From: a virus
IMG/VR virus record: IMGVR_UViG_3300023174_000058
Location: 32,001 to 96,000 of that record
DNA: 64,000 nucleotides
Direction: 5' to 3' (one strand)
Positions 53,949 to 64,000 of the stretch are shown in pieces. Under the pieces are notes generated by a model. The model saw nothing but the letters and a program-made list of their open reading frames with translations, searched no databases and had not been told where the DNA came from. Within the stretch, counting starts at the first letter, position 1. Every line of letters begins with the position of its first letter. Both the position numbers and the translations under genes were made by a program.

Positions 53949-54355
53949 TTTATGTTATACTAACGTTATCTTTGGTCGCAAACGGGTTGCTTGTATGGTA
54001 TGTACGTAAATTACTTTCAAAATATTGGGCTGACGTTGAAGTCCGCGAAAAATTTACCGATTTATTAGATCAATACGCAGAATCCTTGCAATCAATATAT
54101 AAAATGGAAGAATTTTATGGCGAAGAAATCCTTAAAAAAGCAATCCAAGAAACGCGTTTTGTCGAAGAAGCGTGTAAAGAATACAAGAAAATCCTCGAAA
54201 CCGAAATTAACGAAAAAGATTATTTCGAAGAAGAAGGTTCTGGTCAAGAAGACACTCAAAACAAAAAAGAAAACAACACAATCCGCCTCAAAGAAGGCGA
54301 AAGTGTCTCGCAAAACGCGGCGGAATACAAAAGGGTCGTCTCGGACCCCTTCTAA
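53945..54355 (+). CDS. membrane-anchored acidic protein
   Basis: N-terminal TM segment; Glu-rich tail. Confidence 0.7.
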   Translation: MIYVILTLSLVANGLLVWYVRKLLSKYWADVEVREKFTDLLDQYAESLQSIYKMEEFYGEEILKKAIQETRFVEEACKEYKKILETEINEKDYFEEEGSGQEDTQNKKENNTIRLKEGESVSQNAAEYKRVVSDPF

Positions 54356-55121
54356 GCTACCGCCAGAGCCATTACCAATTAAAGCTGCCGCTAAGATAGT
54401 AGCTAAGAAGAATGAATATTTTACAAAAATACACGAAGACGCAATTTTAAAATACGCTACAAGCACTGATAGGCATGAAAAATCAGTTCTTTATGTCACA
54501 TTAATACAGCCAGCTTTTAACGAGATGGTCGATAAGATTGTGTTTACGTATAAGTTTACTTCATTACCAAACATTGAAGATCTAAAAGAAGAATGCAAAA
54601 TATGGCTAACAACCATATTAGATAAATTTGATGTCTCTAAAGGATCAAAAGCGTTTTCGTATTTCTCAGTTATAACAAAAAACTGGTTTATCCATAAAGT
54701 TAAAAAAAATAGTAGCGGTAGAGAAGTTGGCTTAGAAGACATTTCCCAAGAATTTGAAGAAGATAACTTATTTATTCTTAATGAATATGATGAAAAACGC
54801 GAAAAAAAAGAGTTTTGGATTGCCCTATGGCAAGAAATTGACAGTTGGGATAGCGTTAATTTAAAACCAAACGAAAAAAAGGTCTACGAAGCGATAAGGA
54901 TGGTCTTAAAAGACCCTGAAAGTATTGAAATTTTTAATAAAAAAGCTATTTATTTGTACATAAGAGAAATTACTGGTCTTTCAACAAAACAAATAGTAAT
55001 GGGTTTGAAAAAATTTAAAACCAAATATATTTATTTTGTACAGAAATGGAACAGAGGTGGAGTTACGCACCTAAAGGTACAAGAAAATGGCATCGAAGAA
55101 GAAATTACAGGATTTAATTGA
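54117..55121 (+). CDS. phage sigma-factor-like protein (T4 gp55-like region 2) with Lys-rich N-terminal extension
   Basis: EDLKEEC...DKFDVSKGSKAFSYFSVITKN matches the sigma region 2 pattern. Confidence 0.65.
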   Translation: MAKKSLKKQSKKRVLSKKRVKNTRKSSKPKLTKKIISKKKVLVKKTLKTKKKTTQSASKKAKVSRKTRRNTKGSSRTPSKLPPEPLPIKAAAKIVAKKNEYFTKIHEDAILKYATSTDRHEKSVLYVTLIQPAFNEMVDKIVFTYKFTSLPNIEDLKEECKIWLTTILDKFDVSKGSKAFSYFSVITKNWFIHKVKKNSSGREVGLEDISQEFEEDNLFILNEYDEKREKKEFWIALWQEIDSWDSVNLKPNEKKVYEAIRMVLKDPESIEIFNKKAIYLYIREITGLSTKQIVMGLKKFKTKYIYFVQKWNRGGVTHLKVQENGIEEEITGFN

Positions 55122-55383
55122 TAAAAGCATTACAAACATCGAAGATGATCGGGCGACAACCAATAAGTTGTTGACCGATCTTTTGATTTATATGGCTAAA
55201 ACTGGTGATGCCGCTCACAATACGCTTGGGCATGTTGCTGCACAATACCTAGAAACACTACAGCGTAGCAATGAGCAGCTTGTAAAAATAACAGGCATAG
55301 TACAAAAGCAAGAAAGCTCTGTTCGTGGTATGAGTGCTCAAGAAAGAGATGGTTTATTTGATATAATTAAAGAGGATAAATAA
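55087..55383 (+). CDS. hypothetical helical protein
   Basis: 98 aa, overlapping the previous stop. Confidence 0.7.
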   Translation: MASKKKLQDLIDKSITNIEDDRATTNKLLTDLLIYMAKTGDAAHNTLGHVAAQYLETLQRSNEQLVKITGIVQKQESSVRGMSAQERDGLFDIIKEDK

Positions 55384-57321
55384 TTGTCTGTTTTTAATAT
55401 TTTCAACAAAATAAGACAAACTTCTGATTATGACGAATTAAAGCAAGTTTTATTTGATGCAAATAAAAGCATAATTGATCCAAATTCAAGAATAATTGTT
55501 GATCAAACAAATCAATCTTCATTAGCAAACTTTAGAAAATCTATAGAAAAAAATTACGAAGCTAAGGTTATCGAAAAAGATGAATACTTGGGCGTAGTTC
55601 TATTTGTGCCACCACCAGAAACAGATCCACTATCAGGCAGATTAATATATAAGGTTTACGTGGACGTTCCCGGCGTTGATATAGAGGGTATTCCACACCC
55701 AGATATATTTGCTGATGAAACCGCTGATCTTAGTTTTTTAGAACAAAAAGCATTTTACCCAGTTAGTGATTCATTGTTTTTATCAGATTATCCATCCGTT
55801 AATGATATAGTCAGAGTAAAGTTTTCAAAAAATTATTTTAATGGAATTTGTGGCAATCCAACTGACAATGTGTACCTTGGTATATCCATAAAAGGCACCT
55901 ATCTATTTCCAACAACCGATAAACAAATATCAAAACCGGCAGCTGCTTCGTTACAGCTAACTAAAGAAGTGAGAAGAGACTCGTTATTTCAAAAGAAACC
56001 ATCTAATAAACCAAGAGAAGAAGATTTATTAAGTCTTCCGTACAAAGGAGATTTTTTAATTTCAGGACTACCATCTCTTAGAATTAGACCAAATTATGGC
56101 ACATTACAAGGGCATTACGCTTTAGATATCGCCATGTCAGTTGGAACACCAATTTATTCTGTAAATGATCAAGAGGTAATAAACGTCTCAGAACAAAAAG
56201 AAGGCGCTGGAAAATTTGTAAAAACAACTAATGGCATATATAAATATTTATATTTTCATTTAAGCGAGCAAAAAGTTAAAAAAGGAGATATTTTAAAACG
56301 AGGCGATTTAATAGGCTTTTCCGGTAATACTGGCAATACCGAGGGGCCTCATTTGCATTTTGAAGTAAGAGAGATGAATGAAACAAAAGTTAATCCACTT
56401 TATTTATTAAAAGGTGAATTAAAGGTTGATGAAAAAGTAAAAAATACTTTTGGTTTAACCAGTTCTATTCTCAAAGTGCCTTTTCCTCTAGATGAAAATA
56501 TTAATTCTATTGATAAAGTTTCCGTAGATTTAAGCGAAGAGCAACCCACGCCATCAGCGGTCAATCAAAGCCGCCCAAACCAAAGTAACGCAACAAATAA
56601 AAGTAACCCAGTCAATCGACCAAAATTATTGTTAAAAGATTTTATAGTAGATAAAGCAAACGGTATAAAAACTACCGCTTATGTTGGGTCAAAATCTATA
56701 AGGGTAAGAGAAGATTTAATACCTGATTTAACATTAATAAAAGAAAAACTAAATCAATATAACATTGCTCTAACTTGCGAAGACCAAGATATTAAAATAA
56801 TAAACGATAAGTTGTCTTTACTAGGCAAAGCTGGACTAGAAATTAGATTAAATTCCAAAGCGGCTTTGTTTAGTGAAAACAATTTAGACATAGATGATTA
56901 TTTTGTAGGACCAGACTACAATCATCCAATTGGCAATGGTTATAAATTAATAGTTTATGGTAACGTTAGAAGAAACATTAAATATTTTGATGAAACCTAT
57001 GTGCCAGAGAAAAAAGTAATAGAGGTATATGATCCAAAGTCTCTTTCCCCTAATGGACCACCAAAATTAAAAAAGATCTTTAAAAGTGTTATAAATATTA
57101 CAAAAATTTTTGAGGATCAAGGATTCAAAAGCATAAATCCAAGTCAAGAATTCTTTTTATATAGCAATCTAGAAAAAAGCAACTGGAATATATTCCAAAA
57201 ACCAGCAAAAATTACTGTTGGGTATAGTTATAAAGAACTACTTTCAACCGTCTATTACAATAATGGTGAGCCAGCTTGGCAGCTACCAGATATAAAATGG
57301 GATGGTAATAAGTTTATTTAA
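55384..57321 (+). CDS. M23 peptidase domain protein (probably virion-associated)
   Basis: HYALD (HxxxD), YFHLS, GNTGNTEGPHLHFEV. Confidence 0.85.
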   Translation: MSVFNIFNKIRQTSDYDELKQVLFDANKSIIDPNSRIIVDQTNQSSLANFRKSIEKNYEAKVIEKDEYLGVVLFVPPPETDPLSGRLIYKVYVDVPGVDIEGIPHPDIFADETADLSFLEQKAFYPVSDSLFLSDYPSVNDIVRVKFSKNYFNGICGNPTDNVYLGISIKGTYLFPTTDKQISKPAAASLQLTKEVRRDSLFQKKPSNKPREEDLLSLPYKGDFLISGLPSLRIRPNYGTLQGHYALDIAMSVGTPIYSVNDQEVINVSEQKEGAGKFVKTTNGIYKYLYFHLSEQKVKKGDILKRGDLIGFSGNTGNTEGPHLHFEVREMNETKVNPLYLLKGELKVDEKVKNTFGLTSSILKVPFPLDENINSIDKVSVDLSEEQPTPSAVNQSRPNQSNATNKSNPVNRPKLLLKDFIVDKANGIKTTAYVGSKSIRVREDLIPDLTLIKEKLNQYNIALTCEDQDIKIINDKLSLLGKAGLEIRLNSKAALFSENNLDIDDYFVGPDYNHPIGNGYKLIVYGNVRRNIKYFDETYVPEKKVIEVYDPKSLSPNGPPKLKKIFKSVINITKIFEDQGFKSINPSQEFFLYSNLEKSNWNIFQKPAKITVGYSYKELLSTVYYNNGEPAWQLPDIKWDGNKFI

Positions 57322-57323
57322 TC

Positions 57324-58286
57324 ATGGCTGACGCATTAGTAAAAGATTCTTCAATCCCTCCAAATTTATCCGAAACAGTCTCCAAGATTGTGAGAGATGA
57401 ATTAACAAATTTTACAAACTATTCTGGTATTGCTAACAAAAATCAACTAGAAATAATAACAAACTTCCACCAAACAGACGGCGAAGTGGTTTTACGTGGG
57501 AAGACAAACTCTTTTATAGTGATTGGTCGAGATAGAACAGCTGGAATAGGAAGCGGCAAGGGAGGCTCTGGACACAACCAAGCATCCTCTATCGATCTTA
57601 TCGCTGGTCATGGCGGTACACGACCAGTTGATCAAGTTAATGGAACAAAAATCCTATCAGACAAAAACTTTTCAGCAGACTCAGCACGAATTTATATAAG
57701 CCAAAAATGCGATCTTGATAAAACGCTAGGATTGCCAAGGCAATCAGTTAAAGTTAGCGAAACAACAAAAGTAGACATTAACATCAACGACGGAAGATCA
57801 GGCATCGGCGCAAAAGCAGATTCTATATGTTTAGTTGGTAGAGAAAATATTAAGATTTGCACAATGCATCATGAGTCAAATGCTCGTGGAAAAGAAATTC
57901 ATCCGGGTGGCATTGATATTATTGCTGGTATTGATGATCTTAAAAAATCTTTAATTCCGCAGCCTATGGTTAAGGGCAATAATTTAAAAGAAATGCTTGA
58001 AAAAATACTTGTTTCGTTACAAGACTTACAAAGTTCTGTTACAAATTTTATTGATTTACAAAACTCTTTTAACAATTTAACAATTGATCACGCTCATCAG
58101 TTAATTTCAACAAGCGTTACGGATTCTCCTATACAAAAATCTCAAATGTCTTTAATAAACAAAGATTTATTAAATCAAACTACTTTTCATTTAACAAATA
58201 TGATTTCTTATCAAACACTAGCCGGAACTTATTTAACAGATGGCAAAGAAAAAAGCATCAATAGCCAATACAATAGAGTGAATTAA
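57324..58286 (+). CDS. probable virion/baseplate-region protein
   Basis: beta-rich Gly-containing ORF directly after the M23 gene; function inferred from context only. Confidence 0.5.
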   Translation: MADALVKDSSIPPNLSETVSKIVRDELTNFTNYSGIANKNQLEIITNFHQTDGEVVLRGKTNSFIVIGRDRTAGIGSGKGGSGHNQASSIDLIAGHGGTRPVDQVNGTKILSDKNFSADSARIYISQKCDLDKTLGLPRQSVKVSETTKVDININDGRSGIGAKADSICLVGRENIKICTMHHESNARGKEIHPGGIDIIAGIDDLKKSLIPQPMVKGNNLKEMLEKILVSLQDLQSSVTNFIDLQNSFNNLTIDHAHQLISTSVTDSPIQKSQMSLINKDLLNQTTFHLTNMISYQTLAGTYLTDGKEKSINSQYNRVN

Positions 58287-58287
58287 A

Positions 58288-61200
58288 ATGGATTTTTTAT
58301 ACCCAAAACTTGATAAACCAACGCATATAGTAAAAAAAGGATCTATAAACTCTATCGTTTATCCATCCAATGATTCATTTAATAATTCTATAAGTGTGCC
58401 TATTGCGGAAGATACAAAAGTTGTATTGATAAGAAATAATATAGGATTTGATTGCAAATGGGCGCAAGTAAAAATTATCGAAGGAGCAAGTCAAGAAAGA
58501 ATTCTGTACGTATTAAATTCTGAATTAATAAACACATCTTCAAAGGTCGATTATGTGCCTATCTGTACTTTTGAAAACAGTATAGATGAAGCAGTACCAG
58601 AAATAGATCCAAACATAAAAGAAGTGTTTGTGCCATATATTGATAAAAAAAATGGTTTGTTTTCTGTAAGAATTCAAACTGATTATGAAAAAGTTTTAGA
58701 TAGCTTTGTATTTGATAATTTATTGCAAGATGTTTTATTTGAAGGATTAAGTATATTATTTGCTAGCCGTGGTATTAAATCCGATAACGGTTATATTCAA
58801 CAATTATTAAATAAATTCCAGTCCATTGCATTTATAAACAATGATTTAGATTTAACAGTTAATAGAGATTGTGAGCCGTTAACGTTTACTGTTTCTACCC
58901 CGTTAAACTTTTTTAATGAACAAGAATTAACAAAACAAGAATCATTAATTGGCGAAGCAACTAAGGTAGTAGAATTTAATAATATAAACTATAACTCCTT
59001 AATTCGTAGATTAACAAGTATATTGTCTTCTATTAGGGAAGATGTAGAAAAACTTTTATATCCAAATAATTTTATTGAAAATTTTGTTATAGATTTTGAA
59101 TTGTCTGCAATTAAAGAATTTGATTTACAATTTAAAGAATATACTTCACTTCAAAACTACTCAGTAAACGATTTAAGTCTTTTTACAGATTACATGTTTG
59201 GGTTTGATGATAACTTAAACATCGCTTATATTAAATTTAAGAACGCTAACGGACAAAAAGTTCTTAATCAAGCAGAATTATCTTATTTTAAATTAAAGCC
59301 GAGCTTAAATTCAAAAAGAATATTTAATTACTTTCTAAATTTAGATCAAATGTCGGCAGACGCTGCGTCATTAGATGTAAAAGAATTTATTTTTAAATAT
59401 GTAAAATATCCAGATCCAAAAATAATAAAAGATACAATCATTATTAATGGAAAAGCTTTGCCAGAAGAAAAAGCAGAACAATTTAAAAAAGACCAAGCGT
59501 TAAGCAATGAACAATGCATTAATCTTTCTGACGTTTCTTCTATATCTAAATCCACTTTAAATATCATTAGTTATACTGATCCTCTATATCATATATTTGT
59601 TAAGAAAGATGTCGATAATTTAGAAGATTATAATACATATAAGTCTTTTATAAACGAAGGAAAAAGTGTGCAAGATGCACTAAAGTCATTAAAAGATTCT
59701 CAAAGCAAGCAAAAAAGTGAAGTGCAAAAGTTACTAGAAAAGAAAAACAAAGAAGAGCTACAAAGAAAAGCGGATGATAACATAAAAAAAGCAAAACAAG
59801 AAAGTGATGCTTTATCTTTAGAAAATTTAAAAAATCGCAAAGAGTTAGAAAATATTAATAATATTTTAAATCCAAACGAAGACGTAGAAGTTGAATCAGA
59901 ATTAAAACAAAAACTTTTAGACAAAAAATTTGAATTAGAACAAAAACAGCAAGAAATATCAGATAAATTAAAAATAGCTAAGTCTAACAATACTGAGCTT
60001 GAAAGACAAAAAAATTTAATACAATCAACACCAGCCGATAAGCTTGTTGATATTACAAACCCTGAAGAAGTTTTAGGCACTACTCAAGAGCAAATAGATG
60101 GCCTTTCGGCTGCATTTAATAAAATAAAAATCAAAGAAGAACTAAAAGAAACGCTAAACATATCAGCGCCAGTTAACTTTATGTATAGTAATGCTGCCGG
60201 TCAAATAGTGTATGACGACAGTAATAAATTATCTATTTCAACTGTTTTGTATATTTTGAATAGAATTAATGTAAATGAAGTTCTCTTTAAAAAGTTGCTT
60301 TGCACTTTAAAAGGAACAGACCCTAACTCTCCAGAAATAGCATCGATTCTTTCACAACTACCAGTTCAAATATTAAACTATTTTAATTATTTACAAGCAA
60401 ACTCTACACTTAACGGCACTGCTTATATAAGGGCATTGGAAGCCGGGGCTGTACCAGATATTAAATTGTACTGTTCGCAAAGCAATGGTTTAATCTATTT
60501 TGTTAAAGGGTTAAGACAAGTTTTAACAAACGTTGAAAAAGCAGAAGCAATAATCTTAAATATTTTGCCAAACCTTGGCAAATTACCAAAACCAACAACC
60601 AATCCATATGAAGTCTTTGTTAAAAATTTAATACAAAACTCTATACGGATTATTGCTTCTGTTCTTTTGGATGTTGTAAAAGAATTATTACAAACATCTT
60701 GCGAAGATCCAATTCTTGATTTAAACAATAATAATTTTTCTGATCCTTTTAACACACACTACCCTGCACAATCATTCGGTGGATCGTCAACAAATAGCGG
60801 TAATAATAATAACAATCCAAATATTTTAAACGATAATAGAAAAACTGTATTAGAGAATGTTTATCAAAATGAATTAGAGTTTGGTTTTGATAGAGAATAC
60901 ACTGTTGATCTAATTGGTAGACTATTAAACGATATTAATTGTATCCTAACCCCACTTGAAAGTGTTAATTTATTACGTGGTGAGCCAACAGAGCTAGTAA
61001 AAACATTAATAAAAAACATTATTAGGACAAAATATTCGGCTCCACCAAACGATCTAACTTTTCTTTTATCTGATGATGAAAAGCTAAAGCTGTTATTTAA
61101 ACAGTTAGGCTTAACTGTTGACCCCGGCTATATTGAAACTACAAACGAGATTGTTACAAACTATTTAGAACAATCTAATGTTTGTGACGAGCCTACCCTT

Positions 61201-64000
61201 AAAGCAAGAACTGATTTGCTAAAAGGAAAATTACCAAAAGAATTAGGGACACTTGATAGAAGACTTCAAACAAGAACACAGACTGCTAAAAAACTATTCG
61301 AAAGAATCAAAAATGGCGAAACAGTAATCGAGGTATCGCCACTGTGCCCCGATTTAACAAATGATGATGTTGAGGCGGCAAAAGATAAAATTTTGAATAA
61401 TTATGTTAACTTTGTAAACAGCTCATTTGCAAATATTTTAACAAATTTTACTCAAGAAGCAAAACAATTACCAGAAGTTTATAAAGATAAAAGAATACTA
61501 TTAAGAAAAGAAGGCGAAAATCCTTTTGATTCTATTGAGTACTATCTCTACAACTCAGAATTAGGTTTAAATTTAATTGGGCAAGGTGTAGGCGATAGTG
61601 TTTATATTGATCGCATAAACGAAAATACTACATCATATAGCTATAGATATGGTGTAAAAGGACTCAAAGATCAAATAAAAGACTTAGCAAAAATTTTAAT
61701 TCCAAGAAATGAAAATGTTTCGCTTACTTTCTGTCCAGAAAAAGAATTTAAATTAAGCGATGACTTTCAGACTGTTTTAGATAGTGGAAATATTTTAGTT
61801 GAATTTGCTGGCGCTTCTGGAGATTTTCAATTTGATGACAGAGGAGATGGCTCTGGAGATTTAGGTGAATATTATGATGGAAGTGATAGATCTAAGTTAC
61901 CTGATGCTGAGTATATAAAGCAAAAAGAATATATCATAACAATTTCTTTAAATAAAGACCCAGACCCTCTTGGGATTTTAGACTACGACGAAGTGTCTAT
62001 AAAATTTATCTATAATGATACCGATAATAGTTTGCTAAGAGTCCTTTCCAGCGTTAATTACGAAGAGGGCGAAATATCCAAAGATTTTATTTCTGACAAT
62101 GTATTAGACGCTATAGACGCAGTAACAGACAATGTACCAAACGATGAAATCTATTATTTAGATGAACAGCCCGCTGACATATTGCAAAACCCTTACACTA
62201 TTAAAAAAACGGTTGATGAAGAAATAAAAGCAGGAAAACTTGTAAACATAAACGACAGTGATGATATATACATCTTATCAAAATCTGTATTTGATAAGAT
62301 ACAAGACATAAGAGTAAAACAACTTTTACAAAAAATCTTTGAAGAAAAATTTAAGAAAGAAATTGAAAAAATAAATAATTTTAAAGAACTAAAAAGACAA
62401 TCAGAAAATCTTGAAAAGTTATTTGAAAGCAAAACTTTTGTTAATAAAAATGATGGTTATTTTAAAAAAGAAATCAATGCGGCTACCGGAAAATTTGATA
62501 GCATAACGAATCTTCCAGTTGTTTCTACAAAAAATTATGTCTCTTGGGAAGACATAACAATTAATAATAATTTTGAATATAAATTTGATAAATCATTTTA
62601 CGAAAATAACGCAAAATTAACTATAGATAATGTTCGTAAGCATGTTCTTAATAATAGTGTTAATTATTTTAAAACAAAATTTGATTATTCTGATTTCACT
62701 GGTAGGCTAAAGGACGGAAAGTGGGAATTTATAGATTCCAAAAAGATCGAAGAGCAAATAAATAATCCTTTATATAATATTGTTTATAATCCTCAAACAA
62801 ATACAACTGGTGAAAAATATAATCTTTATAGTTTATTGGACTTTCCAATAGACGAAAGATATAGAAAATGCAATCTCTATCCACATTATTTAAATTTACA
62901 ATATATTTTACAAAAAGCTAAACTTGTTAAACAAGGAGAGTTATGCAATTTAGAAAACTACGCAGCGGATGATATATTGAAGATCGCATTGGTTGAGTTA
63001 ACTTTTAGAACTCACGTCACTGATTTATTAGTGAAGTCAATTCCTTATCTTTCTTGCCTTTCAAAAAATAATCTATTGAATATGCATAAAAGGCAAACCT
63101 ATGTTGATGTCATAAGAGAATTTTTTATAAAAGAATTAGAAATTTTTAGTCCTCTTAATGAAGATGGAACAACTAAAGATAAATATTATAAGTATTTTTC
63201 AAAAATAACCAAAGAAGTATATCAAAAATACGCTTCTTCGACCCCACCAGAATTGAATAAGGAGTTTGTAGATAATTTTTCTATCAACGAAGAGGTTGAT
63301 TATTTTATTAAAAAAGAAATAAATAGATTTATTAAATATTCATTAGAAAAAGGAATTTTTAGTCCTAATTCTAACGAAAATGATTATTTTAATGTTGCCA
63401 AAAAGTTTGCATTTTTTGAAGGAGGAGGTTTTGGTATACAAAAACAACCAGATGATCCTTTTGGCAAATTTTTAAATGATTTATGGATTTTTGAATTTGA
63501 AAGTTATTTGGGCTATTTCATAATGTCTAACACCGTAGACGCTAACAAAAGAACCATATTTTATTCCACAAAAAGCGAATTGGCTAATATGTTTTTTGGG
63601 AATATCGGCGGCTTAACTGTCATTGATGAGGCTGATACTAACGTAGGCCAAAATTCTTTAAAATCACAAGAAGATGTAATCAAGTTTTTACAAAATCTCG
63701 CTTATAGCCCATCTCCAGCGGCTATGGTTCTACTAAAGCCAGAGTACTCTAAGTATGTTAAAAAATATTTAACATTAGTTTTGCAAACTACAAGGGATAC
63801 TCTTGCTTCCGTGGCTCAAGCAACAGATTTAAACATCTCTACTACAAGAAAAATTAGTCAAATATCTGCTTTTATAGCCACTACAACTTTTGCTTTCTTG
63901 GACGATGAATCAAAAGTAAAAGCAATTGTAGGGGATCCAACGTTAAGAGTTAAAAGGATATCAGACGGAAAAGCTCCTATTGAAGATCTTGCCGTTTCAT
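58288..64000 (+). CDS. very large hypothetical protein (>1900 aa), truncated by the window end
   Basis: ATG 58288 (MDFLYPKLDKP); frame open where I read it and absent from the ORF track, consistent with no stop inside the window. Confidence 0.8.
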   Translation, partial: MDFLYPKLDKPTHIVKKGSINSIVYPSNDSFNNSISVPIAEDTKVVLIRNNIGFDCKWAQVKIIEGASQERILYVLNSELINTSSKVDYVPICTFENSIDEAVPEIDPNIKEVFVPYIDKKNGLFSVRIQTDYEKVLDSFVFDNLLQDVLFEGLSILFASRGIKSDNGYIQQLLNKFQSIAFINNDLDLTVNRDCEPLTFTVSTPLNFFNEQELTKQESLIGEATKVVEFNNINYNSLIRRLTSILSSIREDVEKLLYPNNFIENFVIDFELSAIKEFDLQFKEYTSLQNYSVNDLSLFTDYMFGFDDNLNIAYIKFKNANGQKVLNQAELSYFKLKPSLNSKRIFNYFLNLDQMSADAASLDVKEFIFKYVKYPDPKIIKDTIIINGKALPEEKAEQFKKDQALSNEQCINLSDVSSISKSTLNIISYTDPLYHIFVKKDVDNLEDYNTYKSFINEGKSVQDALKSLKDSQSKQKSEVQKLLEKKNKEELQRKADDNIKKAKQESDALSLENLKNRKELENINNILNPNEDVEVESELKQKLLDKKFELEQKQQEISDKLKIAKSNNTELERQKNLIQSTPADKLVDITNPEEVLGTTQEQIDGLSAAFNKIKIKEELKETLNISAPVNFMYSNAAGQIVYDDSNKLSISTVLYILNRINVNEVLFKKLLCTLKGTDPNSPEIASILSQLPVQILNYFNYLQANSTLNGTAYIRALEAGAVPDIKLYCSQSNGLIYFVKGLRQVLTNVEKAEAIILNILPNLGKLPKPTTNPYEVFVKNLIQNSIRIIASVLLDVVKELLQTSCEDPILDLNNNNFSDPFNTHYPAQSFGGSSTNSGNNNNNPNILNDNRKTVLENVYQNELEFGFDREYTVDLIGRLLNDINCILTPLESVNLLRGEPTELVKTLIKNIIRTKYSAPPNDLTFLLSDDEKLKLLFKQLGLTVDPGYIETTNEIVTNYLEQSNVCDEPTLKARTDLLKGKLPKELGTLDRRLQTRTQTAKKLFERIKNGETVIEVSPLCPDLTNDDVEAAKDKILNNYVNFVNSSFANILTNFTQEAKQLPEVYKDKRILLRKEGENPFDSIEYYLYNSELGLNLIGQGVGDSVYIDRINENTTSYSYRYGVKGLKDQIKDLAKILIPRNENVSLTFCPEKEFKLSDDFQTVLDSGNILVEFAGASGDFQFDDRGDGSGDLGEYYDGSDRSKLPDAEYIKQKEYIITISLNKDPDPLGILDYDEVSIKFIYNDTDNSLLRVLSSVNYEEGEISKDFISDNVLDAIDAVTDNVPNDEIYYLDEQPADILQNPYTIKKTVDEEIKAGKLVNINDSDDIYILSKSVFDKIQDIRVKQLLQKIFEEKFKKEIEKINNFKELKRQSENLEKLFESKTFVNKNDGYFKKEINAATGKFDSITNLPVVSTKNYVSWEDITINNNFEYKFDKSFYENNAKLTIDNVRKHVLNNSVNYFKTKFDYSDFTGRLKDGKWEFIDSKKIEEQINNPLYNIVYNPQTNTTGEKYNLYSLLDFPIDERYRKCNLYPHYLNLQYILQKAKLVKQGELCNLENYAADDILKIALVELTFRTHVTDLLVKSIPYLSCLSKNNLLNMHKRQTYVDVIREFFIKELEIFSPLNEDGTTKDKYYKYFSKITKEVYQKYASSTPPELNKEFVDNFSINEEVDYFIKKEINRFIKYSLEKGIFSPNSNENDYFNVAKKFAFFEGGGFGIQKQPDDPFGKFLNDLWIFEFESYLGYFIMSNTVDANKRTIFYSTKSELANMFFGNIGGLTVIDEADTNVGQNSLKSQEDVIKFLQNLAYSPSPAAMVLLKPEYSKYVKKYLTLVLQTTRDTLASVAQATDLNISTTRKISQISAFIATTTFAFLDDESKVKAIVGDPTLRVKRISDGKAPIEDLAVS

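Noticed and set aside
1-64000. Stop-codon reassignment (alternative genetic code)
   Set aside because: Recognisable genes are full length under code 11; TAA, TAG and TGA all end genes; the short ORFs each have their own start motif; no suppressor-anticodon tRNA seen.

Overview
This window looks like a segment of a large, T4-like-organised bacteriophage genome (jumbo-type by inference): phage lysins, homing-type nucleases, tRNAs, PhoH, ClpP, a late-sigma-like gene and virion-type genes, with no cellular housekeeping operons. It has three compositional blocks. (1) 1-7.8 kb is AT-rich and holds a GH19 endolysin and a tightly coupled tandem array of 24 small paralogous 'xxGDI...KVA' (SH3/KOW-like) genes. 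(2) 8.5-25.0 kb is a visibly GC-rich island of short, independently promoted gene cassettes on both strands. Its cassette boundaries carry 18 copies of a 44-bp dyad, AAAA-N12-GGGGCTAGCCCC-N12-TTTT, centred about 29.5 bp upstream of sigma70-type -35 boxes. The island also has AUGGA-loop leader hairpins, two winged-helix regulators, four tRNAs (one highly atypical), two tRNA-like ncRNA candidates, a MoxR-like AAA+/VWA-peptidase pair and 10 more GDI paralogs. (3) 25.3-64 kb is AT-rich core genome: nucleases, five tRNAs, ClpP, TrmH, purB, PhoH, a ~13-kb nucleotide-sugar/glycosyltransferase cluster, a sigma-factor-like gene, an M23 peptidase and a >1900-aa ORF running off the end. The best candidates for an undescribed system are the palindrome-delimited promoter-cassette array and the ~36-member mini-protein family. 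Family assignments come from motif recognition by eye; no database searches were run.
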